From positions 1 through 43,150 of IMG/VR virus record IMGVR_UViG_3300012940_000013: a DNA stretch of 43,150 nt, one strand, 5' to 3'. Every line of letters begins with the position of its first letter. Within the stretch, counting starts at the first letter, position 1. Source of the DNA: a virus (lineage: Duplodnaviria > Caudoviricetes). Positions 9,804-19,681 of the stretch are shown piece after piece. The notes under the pieces are model-generated. The model did no database searches. It had not been told where the DNA came from and worked only from the letters and a program-made list of their open reading frames with translations. Position numbers and translations under genes: made by a program.

Positions 9804-12274
9804 TGCGGGATCTGCTCGGCGAGGTTCTGCTGCTGCTGCGGCACACGAGCGCGCGAGAGCGCGCCACGGCCGCCAAAACGCTTGGCCCAATAGACTTGCA
9901 GGATGTCGTAGTCGCTCGGATCAGGCGCGCCAGCGGCCTTGAATGCCGCCTTGATCTGGTCGCGCGCGTCGCTCGGCACGTCGCTCGGCTTCATCGCCAA
10001 CAGCGCCACGTTGTAACGGCCGCCAAAGAAGCCGCGCAACTGCGTGCTCTGGGCAAAGAGCCGGTCGATCTCCTGGATGACTTCGGCATCGGTGAACTTC
10101 TTGCCAGCCGCTCGCTGCGCGTCGACGATCGCGCGCGTAACGAATTGACGGATCGCGCCAACACGTGCCGCGCCGGCCATGTCGTCCTGTTTCGGCGTCG
10201 GGTCGATGCCCATCGTTTGCAGGCGCATGTTGAGCGTGCGGTTGATTGCATCCGTATTGAGATCGTCGGCATTCGAGACTTGCTGACCAAGCGCCTTGGC
10301 GCGCTCGTTTGCAAAGTGCTTGAAGTCCGCTTCGGACAAGTCCTTGCGCAGTGCGTAAAACTGATTGTCCGAGAGATTGCGCAGGTATCCGGGATCGGTT
10401 GCCAGGCGCTGGTAAAGCGCCGGATTCGTGACAGTTTCCTCGCCACGGCGCAACTTGGCGGCAAAATTCATCGCGGTGTCGAGCTTGGTCGGATTGACCG
10501 ACGCACGCAGCGACGCGGGCACGGCGTAGAAGTCGCCGCCATTGGCAATCAGCAGCCGGTACAGCTCGCCCTCGGCCTCGTCCTGGCGCTGCCGAGCAGC
10601 CTGTTCTTGCGCGTCGTACTGCTGTTTCAGGATCTCGCGCGCCTGCTTGTACGCATCTGGCCGACTGGCAAGGTACGGGTCGGCGCGCAGCGCGGCATCC
10701 GCCTCGGCAAAGGTCGGCTTTTTCGGCGCGCCGGCGCCGGCCTGGAATTTCGACAGTATGGCAGGCACGTACTCCCTCGTTTCGCGAGGCAGGTGGGCCA
10801 GCCAGTTGCCGGTGTAATAGGCCTCTTGGTACAAGTGCAATTCTTCGGCGTATTTCGTCGCCGCTTCAGTCGACGAGAAAATGCCCAGATGCTTGCCCGT
10901 GCGGCGGTACTGCTCGACCGCCTCGTCATCGGACAGAATGCGCCCGTCATCCGACACCGTGGGGATGAGGATTTCCTTGCCGTCGATGTTGACGGACATG
11001 GACCGCACGGTGCTGATCGATCCGTCCGCATTCTGCACGCGCGGACGCGCGGCCAGATCGATATTGCCAGCAGTGATTTGCCCCTCGATCTTGCCCGTCG
11101 GCGCCGGCTGCTGAGATTTCTCGATCGCCTTGTCGACCGCCCCCGGCCCGGCATTGTAGGCCGCGAGCGCCTTGGCGACGTCGCCGCCGTACTTTTTCAG
11201 TTGCGCATCGAGGTACGCGCGGCCGAGCGCCGCGTTGTACTCTGGATCGTTACGGAATCGTTCCTCGTCCCAGGGCAGCCCCGCCAGCTTCGCAGCCTCC
11301 GGCCCCGTCGTCGGCATGACCTGCGCAATGCCCACTGCCCCCTTGGGCGACGTGATCGGCTTGCCGTCCGGCCCAAATTGACGGCCACCAGACTCGCGCT
11401 GGAAAACGAGGTTGGTCAGCCGCGTGTAATCGTCCGGCTCGATCTTCGGCGCAATCTGAGAGTAGACGCGATTGGCCGCCGAAAGCGCATACTGCGAATC
11501 GGTCTCGGCTTCGATGACCTTGCGCGCCTTGAGCGCCTGGTCGGCCGCGATCTCGTCGCCGTAGGTCTCGAGGTAGCGCGCCGCCGCGTCGACCTGGCGG
11601 TTGCCGACCATCTGGTTGATGACGCCCATATGCAAGCGCGTCATGGCCTCGCCGCGCAGCTTTTCGAGCTGGTCGGCCGGGATGCCCTCGGCTTCGCGCA
11701 TCCTGGCAAGGTTTAGGTCGATGCGCGATCGCGATAGGTTGATCGCCTCGGGGTTGTTCCAGTTCTTGGCCGCGTTGTCAGACTCCACCGCGACCACGCC
11801 ATCGAGCACGGACTTGCGCCAGTTCTCGATCTCGGCATTCTCGTGGCGCATGAGCGCGCTGCGAAACTCGATCCCCGAGCGTGCCGCATAACGGCGGAAA
11901 AGTGCCTTCTGCGCGTCATTGGCAAGCGTGCCCTCGAGCTCGCGCGCAACACCCTCAAACTGCTGTGTGTAGCGCTGCGAGAGCCCTTGCCCATCCGGGC
12001 CAGGCAAAACGTTGCGCCCCTTGATGTTGGTAAAGCCGTTTTGCTGGCCGAGCGTCAGATCAAGCTGCCGCTCGCGCAACTGGTTGACCGCATCCTCGAC
12101 ACGCAACTCGTCTGCGTAGGCCTGCTCGCGCGCGAAAACTTCGGCCACCTGACCAAGACCGCGGGCGAGCGCCTGCGTGCCGTCTGGCACCGTCGTCGAG
12201 ATGCCGGATTGCATCGGCAGCGGCATCGCGCGCGGCGCGACCTGCTGCTGGTTGTAGACGGGTACGCGCGGCAT
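9800..12274 (-). CDS. Internal virion protein with lytic transglycosylase (SLT) domain
   Basis: QRESGG..SPKGAVGIAQVMPTT..ALAAYNAGPG..LPRETREYV are SLT motifs; lies in the ejectosome cluster. Confidence 0.85.
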   Translation of the reverse strand: MPRVPVYNQQQVAPRAMPLPMQSGISTTVPDGTQALARGLGQVAEVFAREQAYADELRVEDAVNQLRERQLDLTLGQQNGFTNIKGRNVLPGPDGQGLSQRYTQQFEGVARELEGTLANDAQKALFRRYAARSGIEFRSALMRHENAEIENWRKSVLDGVVAVESDNAAKNWNNPEAINLSRSRIDLNLARMREAEGIPADQLEKLRGEAMTRLHMGVINQMVGNRQVDAAARYLETYGDEIAADQALKARKVIEAETDSQYALSAANRVYSQIAPKIEPDDYTRLTNLVFQRESGGRQFGPDGKPITSPKGAVGIAQVMPTTGPEAAKLAGLPWDEERFRNDPEYNAALGRAYLDAQLKKYGGDVAKALAAYNAGPGAVDKAIEKSQQPAPTGKIEGQITAGNIDLAARPRVQNADGSISTVRSMSVNIDGKEILIPTVSDDGRILSDDEAVEQYRRTGKHLGIFSSTEAATKYAEELHLYQEAYYTGNWLAHLPRETREYVPAILSKFQAGAGAPKKPTFAEADAALRADPYLASRPDAYKQAREILKQQYDAQEQAARQRQDEAEGELYRLLIANGGDFYAVPASLRASVNPTKLDTAMNFAAKLRRGEETVTNPALYQRLATDPGYLRNLSDNQFYALRKDLSEADFKHFANERAKALGQQVSNADDLNTDAINRTLNMRLQTMGIDPTPKQDDMAGAARVGAIRQFVTRAIVDAQRAAGKKFTDAEVIQEIDRLFAQSTQLRGFFGGRYNVALLAMKPSDVPSDARDQIKAAFKAAGAPDPSDYDILQVYWAKRFGGRGALSRARVPQQQQNLAEQIPQ

Positions 12275-12283
12275 TTTCCCCCC

Positions 12284-12856
12284 TTACTGAATGCGCAAGC
12301 CAGGCGTCAACCAGGACCCGCCCCCAGAGGACGACCCGGACCCGCCCCCAGATGGGCTCTGACGGCTCCAAAGGCCATAGCCTTGCGCAGCGCCCCCGAG
12401 GATCGTGCCAACGGCGCCCATTGTGCCGGCGCGCGCGGCAGCCCGCCCCCGGAAGCGCGCGGCACCGGCGTCGGCCATGCTGTTGGTCGCGCCCACACGC
12501 AGGCCCCAGGCTTCGCGCGCGGCATTGTTGCGGATCGTAAGCGCGTCGAGCTCGCCAAAAGCGGCCGTATCGCCGAGGATGGCGGCCGTCGACTGGTCGG
12601 TGAGTGCGCCCCCCTGCGCGGCGAATGCCGCACGCTGCGCGCCCATGATCTGCCGCGCGCGCCGACGCTGCGCATCTTCCTCGACTTGCCCACGCTGCAG
12701 GGCATCGGCGGCCGCCATCTCCTGCACGCGCGCGTTGTTCTCGGCGACCTGCGCGTTGTATTCGGCAAGCGCGCGTTGCTGCTGCCCCTGCTGGTATTGA
12801 CCATAGGCAGACATGGCCGTCGCGGCAGCGGTCAGGGCTATAGCAATGGAGCACAT
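12284..12856 (-). CDS. Internal virion protein (T7 gp14-like)
   Basis: MC start, hydrophobic/Gly-Ala N-terminus, Q/A-rich helical body; synteny. Confidence 0.75.
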   Translation of the reverse strand: MCSIAIALTAAATAMSAYGQYQQGQQQRALAEYNAQVAENNARVQEMAAADALQRGQVEEDAQRRRARQIMGAQRAAFAAQGGALTDQSTAAILGDTAAFGELDALTIRNNAAREAWGLRVGATNSMADAGAARFRGRAAARAGTMGAVGTILGGAAQGYGLWSRQSPSGGGSGSSSGGGSWLTPGLRIQ

Positions 12857-12857
12857 G

Positions 12858-13325
12858 TCAGGCCCTCATCTCGAAGCGCATGAACGGCATGCGAAATTTC
12901 CCGTAAGGCGCCGGCTCGTCCATTTGGAAACCCAGCCAGCGGAGCCAGGCGACGGACTTTTCGTTTCGCACGTCGACGTAATTTTCCAGGTGATTATACA
13001 AGCGCAACATGGTGGAAACACACCATCGCGACCGACGCAAAAATGCCAGCGCATGCCGCTCGACCAGATCCGTCCCGAGCATCCAGGGGATGCCCCTGCC
13101 GCCGAGCAGGTTGTAAGGCGTCACGCCAAAAATGCAGGCGACCTCGCCATCGATGAGCCCCGCCCAGGCATGGGTCGACAACCGCCACGATTGCTCAAGC
13201 GCCGGGCCGATCTCCATGCCGGTCGCGGCATAGACCTCGTCGACGTCCGCCTGGCGGACATGGGGCGCCATCGCGACGACATGCCCGGCCTCGGCGGGCA
13301 CGATCAGGTACTCATGCGCCGGCAA
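12858..13325 (-). CDS. Acetyltransferase-fold virion assembly protein (T7 gp13-like)
   Basis: VRQADVDEV..ACIFGV..PWMLGT..LENYVDVRN..SVAWLRWLGF. Likely TTG start at 13325 with GGAGG 6 nt upstream. Confidence 0.75.
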   Translation of the reverse strand: MPAHEYLIVPAEAGHVVAMAPHVRQADVDEVYAATGMEIGPALEQSWRLSTHAWAGLIDGEVACIFGVTPYNLLGGRGIPWMLGTDLVERHALAFLRRSRWCVSTMLRLYNHLENYVDVRNEKSVAWLRWLGFQMDEPAPYGKFRMPFMRFEMRA

Positions 13326-15792
13326 CGGTCGCCTCCGGTATGGCAGCAAGGATCGTCGCGGGCAGCGGGTCGTACTGCCGCACCAACACCCGGCCGGGCT
13401 TGTCCCAGTTGGAATCGATCAAAAACTCGGCCAGGCCGGTCAACGGCCGCACGGGCTCGTCGTAGTTTTCGAACTCGCGTTGCTTCAGCTCGTAAAGGTG
13501 ATCGGCGTCCGGCCCCGCCCACATACCGCGAGAATCCTGCACGATGAGCCGCACGGCCGAGATGATCTTTTGCTTGTCGCGGATCGTTTCACCATCCGGC
13601 ACGTTGAGATCCAGCGTCTCGAAATCGGCCTCGATCGGCAGGCCGACATGCACGATGGCCGCCGGCTCCTGCAGTTGGATCGTGCCGTTGTCAACCACCC
13701 GCTGCGCATGCACGCTGCCATCGGCCAGGATCGAAACGGTCTCGCCTTCCAGGTGGCCGAGGCCGCCCACGTCAAGAATGGCGTAATCCCATTTCGTATT
13801 AACGCCGCGCTTGTCCGCCGGCAATTGGCGGTTCGGCCGCACCGTGCAGGTCGACGAATCCGTGACGTCCACGATCTCGAGCCGATACTGGATCGTCGGG
13901 TCGACCGAGTCGGTCAGGAAAAACGCATCGCCAACGCTGGACGAGGACAGCGTAATCGACGCCCCCGAGAGCGTCGCGGTCAGCGTCTCGGTGTGATCCC
14001 ATTGCGTGCCGCCAGAAAGCGTCAGCGTGCCGGGCTGGTTGCGACCGTCATAGGTGAGCCCGGAGTCGACAAAGAATCCGTCCTCGACTTTGATGACCTG
14101 GCGCGTTTCCAGGCGCTCGACATAGCGCACATACTGCCCATTGATAAAGCGGCGCACCACGACATAAAGCACATCCTCGAGCCCTTCAGAGATGACGCAA
14201 ACCGACTCGAAAGTGCCGTTTTTGGTGTCGTGGCGGTGCCAGCCGGCGACCTGCTGCTCCTTGAGATAGGTCAGGCCGAGCAACGTGCCGTCGTTGCGCA
14301 CGGCCCAGACGATCGAATTCGGCACCTGCGAATAGGCCCAGTCAACGAGCTGGTAGCCAGTGAACAGGTGCGACGACAGGGTCGTCAGGTCGTTGCCGGT
14401 GAACTTGTCCTTGTCGTAGGTATACGCCAGATCGCGGACGATGCTGCCCTTTTCCTGCACGTACAGCGCCGTGTCGACGATGATGATCGGCGACAAGTGC
14501 GACGAGCCATTGTAGGTCTGCGGCTTCGCAGTGGCAGAGGACGGCGTTATCGCGCCGTCCGAATTCGTGATGACCTTGAATTCGGCGCCCGACGTCAGGA
14601 TGATCAAATCGTCGATCGGCAACAAATGCCGAATCGCGTTGACTTGTCGGCCGGGGACCGTCTTGCTGATGGCGTCATCGTCTTGCACCGGGCTCGAGAC
14701 GCCGAAATCATTGTATGCCCCGATCCGGCTCATCCAATAGGCCTGTGGCTGCGCAACCGTCGCGGCAAAGATCTGCCGCTCCTGGTGATAGGTCACGCAG
14801 GCCGGGAACCCCTGGTTGCCGCCCCAGGCGCCGAATGCCCATTTATGGGTGCCGGTGGTGGCGACACTGTCAGGCAGGCGGGCAACGGTCGCCGCCGTCG
14901 CAGTCGTGGACGACGACACACCGGTAATGCGCACGATGCCAAACCCGGAATGCAGGTACGTCCACTCGACGCCATCCGCATACGCCCCGGTCTGCTCGAT
15001 GTTGCCGTCGCCGTCCCATGCCGATCCCTCACTGTGCACCGGCCGATTGCCGCCGGTGCGATAGCCGCTCGTTCCGGCCGGCGACGGTTGCCCGGTCAGG
15101 TTATAAACCTTCCCATCCGACCGGCAGCGCGTGCCAAGCGGCAGGTTAGGCGACCCGTTCACCCACGGCTTGACCTGCTCGGGATGGGCGTCCTCTAGAT
15201 AGAGCAGCATGCCGATCATCGACGAATTGAAAGACACCCCCGTGCTCGTGAGCGTGACCGTGCCCGTCGTGCCGCTCGACTGGATCGTCAGGTTGGTGTT
15301 GATATTGACTTCCTGGAATGGGCCGTTGCGGTTGTTGAATTCGGTCAGGGTCCAGTTGGTATGCGCCAGCCGCGATAACTGCCGCGGCGCATAATTGTTG
15401 TGGCAGATCGTTATGACGTCTGCCGACTGGGTGAATTTGAGCTCGAAAATGTCCGCCTCATCGTAAGGCGTCACGATCTCGTAAGGCACGCCCGGCGAAG
15501 ATTCAATGATCCCGCCGTTCATGTAGAACCGCATGTACTGGTGCCCGACCTCGATCACATAGGTCTGCACCGTCGAGAACTGAAACGGGATCAGTCGCGT
15601 GCGACGCGCACTATCCTTGACTTCATGCACGAACCGGAACCCAGGCCGGTTGGTCGCGCCGCCATACATGAGCGACATGAAGTTGCGCAACGTGCGCGCG
15701 CTCGTCTGATACCGCGCCAGGTCGACGCGGCCGTACAGCGACGGCGAAAGCTCGCCGCCGGTAAAACTGGGCTGAATGATCGACGTGCCCAT
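13312..15792 (-). CDS. Tail tubular protein B (nozzle)
   Basis: QPSFTGGELSPSLYGRVDLARY..GGATNRPG N-terminus, 826 aa; synteny. Confidence 0.9.
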   Translation of the reverse strand: MGTSIIQPSFTGGELSPSLYGRVDLARYQTSARTLRNFMSLMYGGATNRPGFRFVHEVKDSARRTRLIPFQFSTVQTYVIEVGHQYMRFYMNGGIIESSPGVPYEIVTPYDEADIFELKFTQSADVITICHNNYAPRQLSRLAHTNWTLTEFNNRNGPFQEVNINTNLTIQSSGTTGTVTLTSTGVSFNSSMIGMLLYLEDAHPEQVKPWVNGSPNLPLGTRCRSDGKVYNLTGQPSPAGTSGYRTGGNRPVHSEGSAWDGDGNIEQTGAYADGVEWTYLHSGFGIVRITGVSSSTTATAATVARLPDSVATTGTHKWAFGAWGGNQGFPACVTYHQERQIFAATVAQPQAYWMSRIGAYNDFGVSSPVQDDDAISKTVPGRQVNAIRHLLPIDDLIILTSGAEFKVITNSDGAITPSSATAKPQTYNGSSHLSPIIIVDTALYVQEKGSIVRDLAYTYDKDKFTGNDLTTLSSHLFTGYQLVDWAYSQVPNSIVWAVRNDGTLLGLTYLKEQQVAGWHRHDTKNGTFESVCVISEGLEDVLYVVVRRFINGQYVRYVERLETRQVIKVEDGFFVDSGLTYDGRNQPGTLTLSGGTQWDHTETLTATLSGASITLSSSSVGDAFFLTDSVDPTIQYRLEIVDVTDSSTCTVRPNRQLPADKRGVNTKWDYAILDVGGLGHLEGETVSILADGSVHAQRVVDNGTIQLQEPAAIVHVGLPIEADFETLDLNVPDGETIRDKQKIISAVRLIVQDSRGMWAGPDADHLYELKQREFENYDEPVRPLTGLAEFLIDSNWDKPGRVLVRQYDPLPATILAAIPEATVAGA

Positions 15793-15795
15793 CGC

Positions 15796-16395
15796 TCAGT
15801 ACCTCGCGGCGATCAGCTCGCTTTCTTTCGGCTCGTCCTCTTGGCCCTCGCGCTCGTCCTGCGCGACAGCATCGTTGAGCGATCGCGCGGCAGCCTGCAT
15901 TGCCGCCTCGGCAATCGTCGACGACACGGCCAGCGGCATCGCGACCCGTGCAGCGAGCGCGGCCGAGAGCGCCGTCACAAACGACGACGGGAACAGGGTG
16001 GGATCGGTCACCCGCTGCGTGTAGATGAGCTCGGCGTCGACCAGGTCCGTCAAGATCAGCCGCTTGTCGCCGTCGACCGCGATCTCAAAAGGAATGCGCT
16101 CGGTCGCGCGCGGGCGCCGGTCGCCTGGGATGACCAGCCGGCGCGCCTTGATGCAGTCGCTCGGATAGGCATAGGCATGCTGCCAGTTGGTGACGCTCGA
16201 CAGCGTCAACGCCAGCTTGACGCGCCGGCGCGCGAAATTCCAGTCGGCCGCCTCGAGCGTCGCGTCGCGCGCCGTCTCCCAAAAGAGGCGGCAAACCGTC
16301 GCCTCTTTCGATCGCTCGTCCATCTGGGCAATGAAGGTCGTGATCCCCAGGCTGGCGAGCGCCATGTTGCAAATCTCGATTTGCGAGGCCGCCAT
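15796..16395 (-). CDS. Tail tubular protein A (adaptor)
   Basis: SQIEICNMALASLG..WNFARRRVKL..AYAYPSDC; synteny. Confidence 0.88.
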   Translation of the reverse strand: MAASQIEICNMALASLGITTFIAQMDERSKEATVCRLFWETARDATLEAADWNFARRRVKLALTLSSVTNWQHAYAYPSDCIKARRLVIPGDRRPRATERIPFEIAVDGDKRLILTDLVDAELIYTQRVTDPTLFPSSFVTALSAALAARVAMPLAVSSTIAEAAMQAAARSLNDAVAQDEREGQEDEPKESELIAARY

Positions 16396-16724
16396 TACTC
16401 TTGCCCGCCGTAAAGTTTTTCAGCGGCGTCACTGCGCCGGTGCAGGGCCATGTCGGTGATCTGCAGCGATACCGTCTTTTCGGCCGTGCTTTGGTTCTGG
16501 TATTCAGACACCGACGTGACTTCGACAATGGCCTCGAGCGCCATTCGCTCGCCCATCTTCGGCAGCTCGTCAAACCCGAGCTTGCGCATCGTCACGTTAT
16601 CCAGGTAGAGCGACACGCCATGCGGATATTTCGGCAGCTTGTCCTCAGCCGAATCATCCGAGCAACATTCGTGCATCCGCTCCTTTGCCTCGTCGGCCGA
16701 AAGCGCCATGTTGACCAGTTTCAT
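16395..16724 (-). CDS. Conserved virion-associated protein (capsid staple-like)
   Basis: KYPHGVSLYLD..LQITDMAL, typical of this phage group; synteny. Confidence 0.6.
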   Translation of the reverse strand: MKLVNMALSADEAKERMHECCSDDSAEDKLPKYPHGVSLYLDNVTMRKLGFDELPKMGERMALEAIVEVTSVSEYQNQSTAEKTVSLQITDMALHRRSDAAEKLYGGQE

Positions 16725-16738
16725 GATGGCCCCGAAAG

Positions 16739-16767
16739 GAAAAGCAGGGGCCGAAGCCCCTGCAAAA
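16739..16767 (-). terminator. Rho-independent terminator after the capsid genes
   Basis: Minus strand GCAGGGGC-TTCG-GCCCCTGC followed by TTTTT. Confidence 0.8.
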
Positions 16768-16770
16768 CGG

Positions 16771-17016
16771 TCAGATAACCTCTTGGTTGGAAACCGTCAC
16801 AGGCGGGTCGGCGGCTTCGCTGGCGCCGTCTTGCGGGTCGAAATCCGCAGTCTTGGCGTCAGCTTGCGCGCGCCGGCCGCGCCTGCCCTTGACGACGGGA
16901 TCGCCGACGTCAAGGGGTTCCATCCACCAGGCCGGTTGGCCGTCGTGCTCGACGATCTCGCCGGGCTCGATGATACGGCCCTTGGAGTAGACCTTGGCCT
17001 TTGCGAGATAGCGCAT
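16771..17016 (-). CDS. Hypothetical protein (head region)
   Basis: AGGAG RBS, 81 aa, co-oriented in the operon. Confidence 0.7.
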   Translation of the reverse strand: MRYLAKAKVYSKGRIIEPGEIVEHDGQPAWWMEPLDVGDPVVKGRRGRRAQADAKTADFDPQDGASEAADPPVTVSNQEVI

Positions 17017-17026
17017 GGCCTACTCC

Positions 17027-17461
17027 TTACGCATCGTCATCGATGGAGAAGCCCGAGGCATAGTAGGCCTGGGCCGACACATCCTTGACGAGATACGCAT
17101 TGAAGGCGCCGGCGGTCAGCGCCGCCGTGCCGATGCGATAGACCACGCGGATATACCGCTGCAGGCCGATCGGCAGGCGCACCGCGATCTGCTTGCCCGC
17201 CGTCAGGTCGGCCACAGCATAGGCCTTGGTGACGACGACGTCAGACCACGAGGCGTTGTCGGCCGACGTCTGCAGGGCAAAGGCCACGGTGGCTGCGCCG
17301 CCGGAAGTCACGCCCTCGGTGACGCCAATATGCAGGTACATCGGCTCGCCGATGCCCTCGTCATGGGCGGCGCCAGTGTCGACGACGTTGGTCGAGACAG
17401 TGTCGCCCGTGCTGGTCGGGGCCTGGCCCTTGGAGAATTCAAGCAGGGAATCGATGATCAT
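17027..17461 (-). CDS. Capsid cement/decoration protein (Bbp16-like)
   Basis: MIIDSLLEFS..STNVVD..LQRYIRVVY; immediately follows the major capsid gene. Confidence 0.85.
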   Translation of the reverse strand: MIIDSLLEFSKGQAPTSTGDTVSTNVVDTGAAHDEGIGEPMYLHIGVTEGVTSGGAATVAFALQTSADNASWSDVVVTKAYAVADLTAGKQIAVRLPIGLQRYIRVVYRIGTAALTAGAFNAYLVKDVSAQAYYASGFSIDDDA

Positions 17462-17495
17462 GGCGAAATTCCTTTCAAAAATCCGAGACGTCGCC

Positions 17496-18536
17496 TTAGG
17501 CCACGGCATCTTCGGTGTTCAGGATCTGGTCGCAGGTACGGATGGGCACGCCGAGCAGGCGCAGCACGCCGTTATTCACGCTGCCAGGCGCGACATTGCC
17601 GAACTGATTGACGCCCGGCTCGATCGCGAGCACGTTCTGAGACTTGTCCATCGCCATGATGGACAGCATCTCTTTGACCGTGCGGTTGGCGTAGAACACA
17701 GCGCGGCCCATGCCCATTTGCGGGATGCGAGCCATCGCACGGATCATTAGCTTGATCAGCTGCGTATCCGCGCTCTGAGACTGGGTGTTGGCCTGCTTGA
17801 CCAGATCCTCGACCTTGATGTTGGCGATGCGCACCACGTAACGCCAATCCCGCAGCGACAACCCGGCCTTCCACTTCCAGTGATCGGCATAGGCGCGATA
17901 GCGGTTGCCGTCGCCGTCGAAGGCGTCGATCTCGCCCAGATCCTTGTGCTCGAGGCCGGCCTTGCTGCCCTTGGGGAAAATCCCGTGCACGGTGTTCGGA
18001 CCCCAGACAACCAGCCATACGGACGTGTTCTCTGCCGATCCGGAGCCGCCGGCGTCGATGATGTTCTGCGCGTTCGGCGCCGACAGGGACGAGTAGCGCG
18101 GGGACAGGCCGGTGAACCGCTCGGGATGGATGGTGACGTCGTTGTAGAACAACGTTTCAGCCATCGCCTGGTTCATGGCTTCCAGGAAGGCCTGCGCCTC
18201 GGACAGGCGGAACGCGGCAGTATTGCCGTTCAGGTTGGCAATCTCGACGTCGACCTCGGCGCGCGCCTCGAGCAGGCCGCAGGTGTCGTCGACCTGCGCG
18301 CGGGTCGACTTGCTCGGGGGAACGCCCTTGTACAGCTGGCGCCATACGACGGTCGGCAAGCCAGTGCGCACGGTCGTGCGATGCCCGGTCGGCAGGTTGC
18401 CCTCGATAAAGGGCATGTCGAGCAGGATCTCGTTGGTCTGGGACAGGAGCTCGACGACGGTGGCGGTCTTGCCATCCGGGTCAAGCGACTTGGCCGCGTC
18501 AAGCAGCGTCGGGAAGTTGGTGGACAAAGTAGCCAT
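17496..18536 (-). CDS. Major capsid protein (BPP-1 Bbp17/epsilon15-like)
   Basis: VELLSQTNEILLDMPFIEGNLPTGHRTTVRTGLP..DWRYVVRIANI. Confidence 0.93.
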   Translation of the reverse strand: MATLSTNFPTLLDAAKSLDPDGKTATVVELLSQTNEILLDMPFIEGNLPTGHRTTVRTGLPTVVWRQLYKGVPPSKSTRAQVDDTCGLLEARAEVDVEIANLNGNTAAFRLSEAQAFLEAMNQAMAETLFYNDVTIHPERFTGLSPRYSSLSAPNAQNIIDAGGSGSAENTSVWLVVWGPNTVHGIFPKGSKAGLEHKDLGEIDAFDGDGNRYRAYADHWKWKAGLSLRDWRYVVRIANIKVEDLVKQANTQSQSADTQLIKLMIRAMARIPQMGMGRAVFYANRTVKEMLSIMAMDKSQNVLAIEPGVNQFGNVAPGSVNNGVLRLLGVPIRTCDQILNTEDAVA

Positions 18537-18551
18537 GTGGAAGGTTCCTTA

Positions 18552-19298
18552 TCAGGAGTTGCCGTACAAAATCTCGGCCGGGTCTCGCCTCGCGTCGGCG
18601 CCGTTGCCGTTGCCGGTCACGATCCGATCCTCGGCCATCGCCTTCCCGATGCGGGCGAACAGGCGCACAAGCTCAGGGTGATTGCCAAGCCCCAGGCCAC
18701 GAGGATTGTCAGCGCTCGGGTACTCAATGAGCGCCTTGAGTTCCGGCGTCGCGAAACGATCCAGGGCTCGCTTGGCGTCCTGCAGGGTTGCCTGCATCTT
18801 CTCGCCACCGATCTCGGGATCTTTCTTGACGTCCTCGACCCATGCCTCGAGTTGGCCCATCCATGCCTGCTGCTGCTGCTCGGTGATGCGCTGCACAACC
18901 TTGGGCATCATGGTTTCAACCAGCTTCTGCGCGCCCTCGTTGCTGAGCTTGAGCTCGCGCGCCAACGGCTCGAAGTGGCTGACCAGTGCCTCGTCCAGGG
19001 ACTCGAATCCCTCGGGCGGCTTCAGGTCGTACTTTTCCGGCACGCCGTCGGGCTTGTCCTGGTCTGCGTCCTTGGGCTTGTCGCCCTCGTTCGGCTCGTC
19101 CTGGCCCTTGCCCTTGGGCTCACCTTGCTGCTGCGTATCGGCACCGGGTTGACCTTGCGGCTGCCCTTCGCCCTGGCCTTGCGGAGGCTGGTCGCCGCCG
19201 TAAAGCAGGGTTTGCTGCTGCTGCTCGGTCGTCTGGCTGTCACCTTGAGCCGGGGTTGCGGTGGTGTCCTGCCCGGCCGCTTGCTGAGTGTCCGACAT
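18552..19298 (-). CDS. Capsid scaffolding/assembly protein
   Basis: Q/G/P/D-rich N-terminus, PEKYDLK, GLGNHPELVRLFARIGKAMAED; directly upstream of the capsid gene. Confidence 0.82.
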   Translation of the reverse strand: MSDTQQAAGQDTTATPAQGDSQTTEQQQQTLLYGGDQPPQGQGEGQPQGQPGADTQQQGEPKGKGQDEPNEGDKPKDADQDKPDGVPEKYDLKPPEGFESLDEALVSHFEPLARELKLSNEGAQKLVETMMPKVVQRITEQQQQAWMGQLEAWVEDVKKDPEIGGEKMQATLQDAKRALDRFATPELKALIEYPSADNPRGLGLGNHPELVRLFARIGKAMAEDRIVTGNGNGADARRDPAEILYGNS

Positions 19299-19325
19299 CG
19301 AGAAATTCCTATGATGGGAATTAGC

Positions 19326-19367
19326 CAATATATACCATAAATCTCAACGCGATAGGCAAAACCTATC
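19326..19367 (-). promoter_or_regulatory. Putative extended -10 promoter for scaffold/capsid, with operator half-site and palindrome
   Basis: Minus strand CGTTGAGATTTATGGTATAT; GATAGG-CAAAA-CCTATC palindrome at 19351-19367. Confidence 0.5.
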
Positions 19368-19680
19368 AGGCAAGATCGTCCTCTTTGGACTCCTTGAGCA
19401 TCAAGAAATAGGCCTCGGGGGCGTGGTCATTTAGGTCGGCGAGCAGCTTCAGCCCCACCTGGCGCATGCCCTCGTGGAAAAAGGTCTGGCTGTTCCCGGT
19501 CATGCTCGACGTGAAGATCCGGCAGTAGCAAAGCAGGTTCCAGTAAAAGCGCCGCCCTTGCTCGGTCGCCAGGATGGCACGCAAGTCGTTCGCCTCGCGC
19601 TCGGCGCGCAGCCGCTCGCGGGTCTTGGCCGTGTTGATCTCGGCCTCGTCGGCGGCATTGGTCTGGATCTTTCTTGCCAT
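19366..19680 (-). CDS. Bbp19-like conserved protein
   Basis: DLRAILATEQGRRFYWNLL..TFFHEGMRQVGL; lies between portal and scaffold. Confidence 0.8.
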   Translation of the reverse strand: MARKIQTNAADEAEINTAKTRERLRAEREANDLRAILATEQGRRFYWNLLCYCRIFTSSMTGNSQTFFHEGMRQVGLKLLADLNDHAPEAYFLMLKESKEDDLA

Positions 19681-19681
19681 A

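Noticed and set aside
13304-13325. Frameshift at the start of the gp13-like gene (ATGA overlap gives only MST-stop)
   Set aside because: An in-frame TTG at 13325 with GGAGG at proper spacing explains the start without a frameshift.
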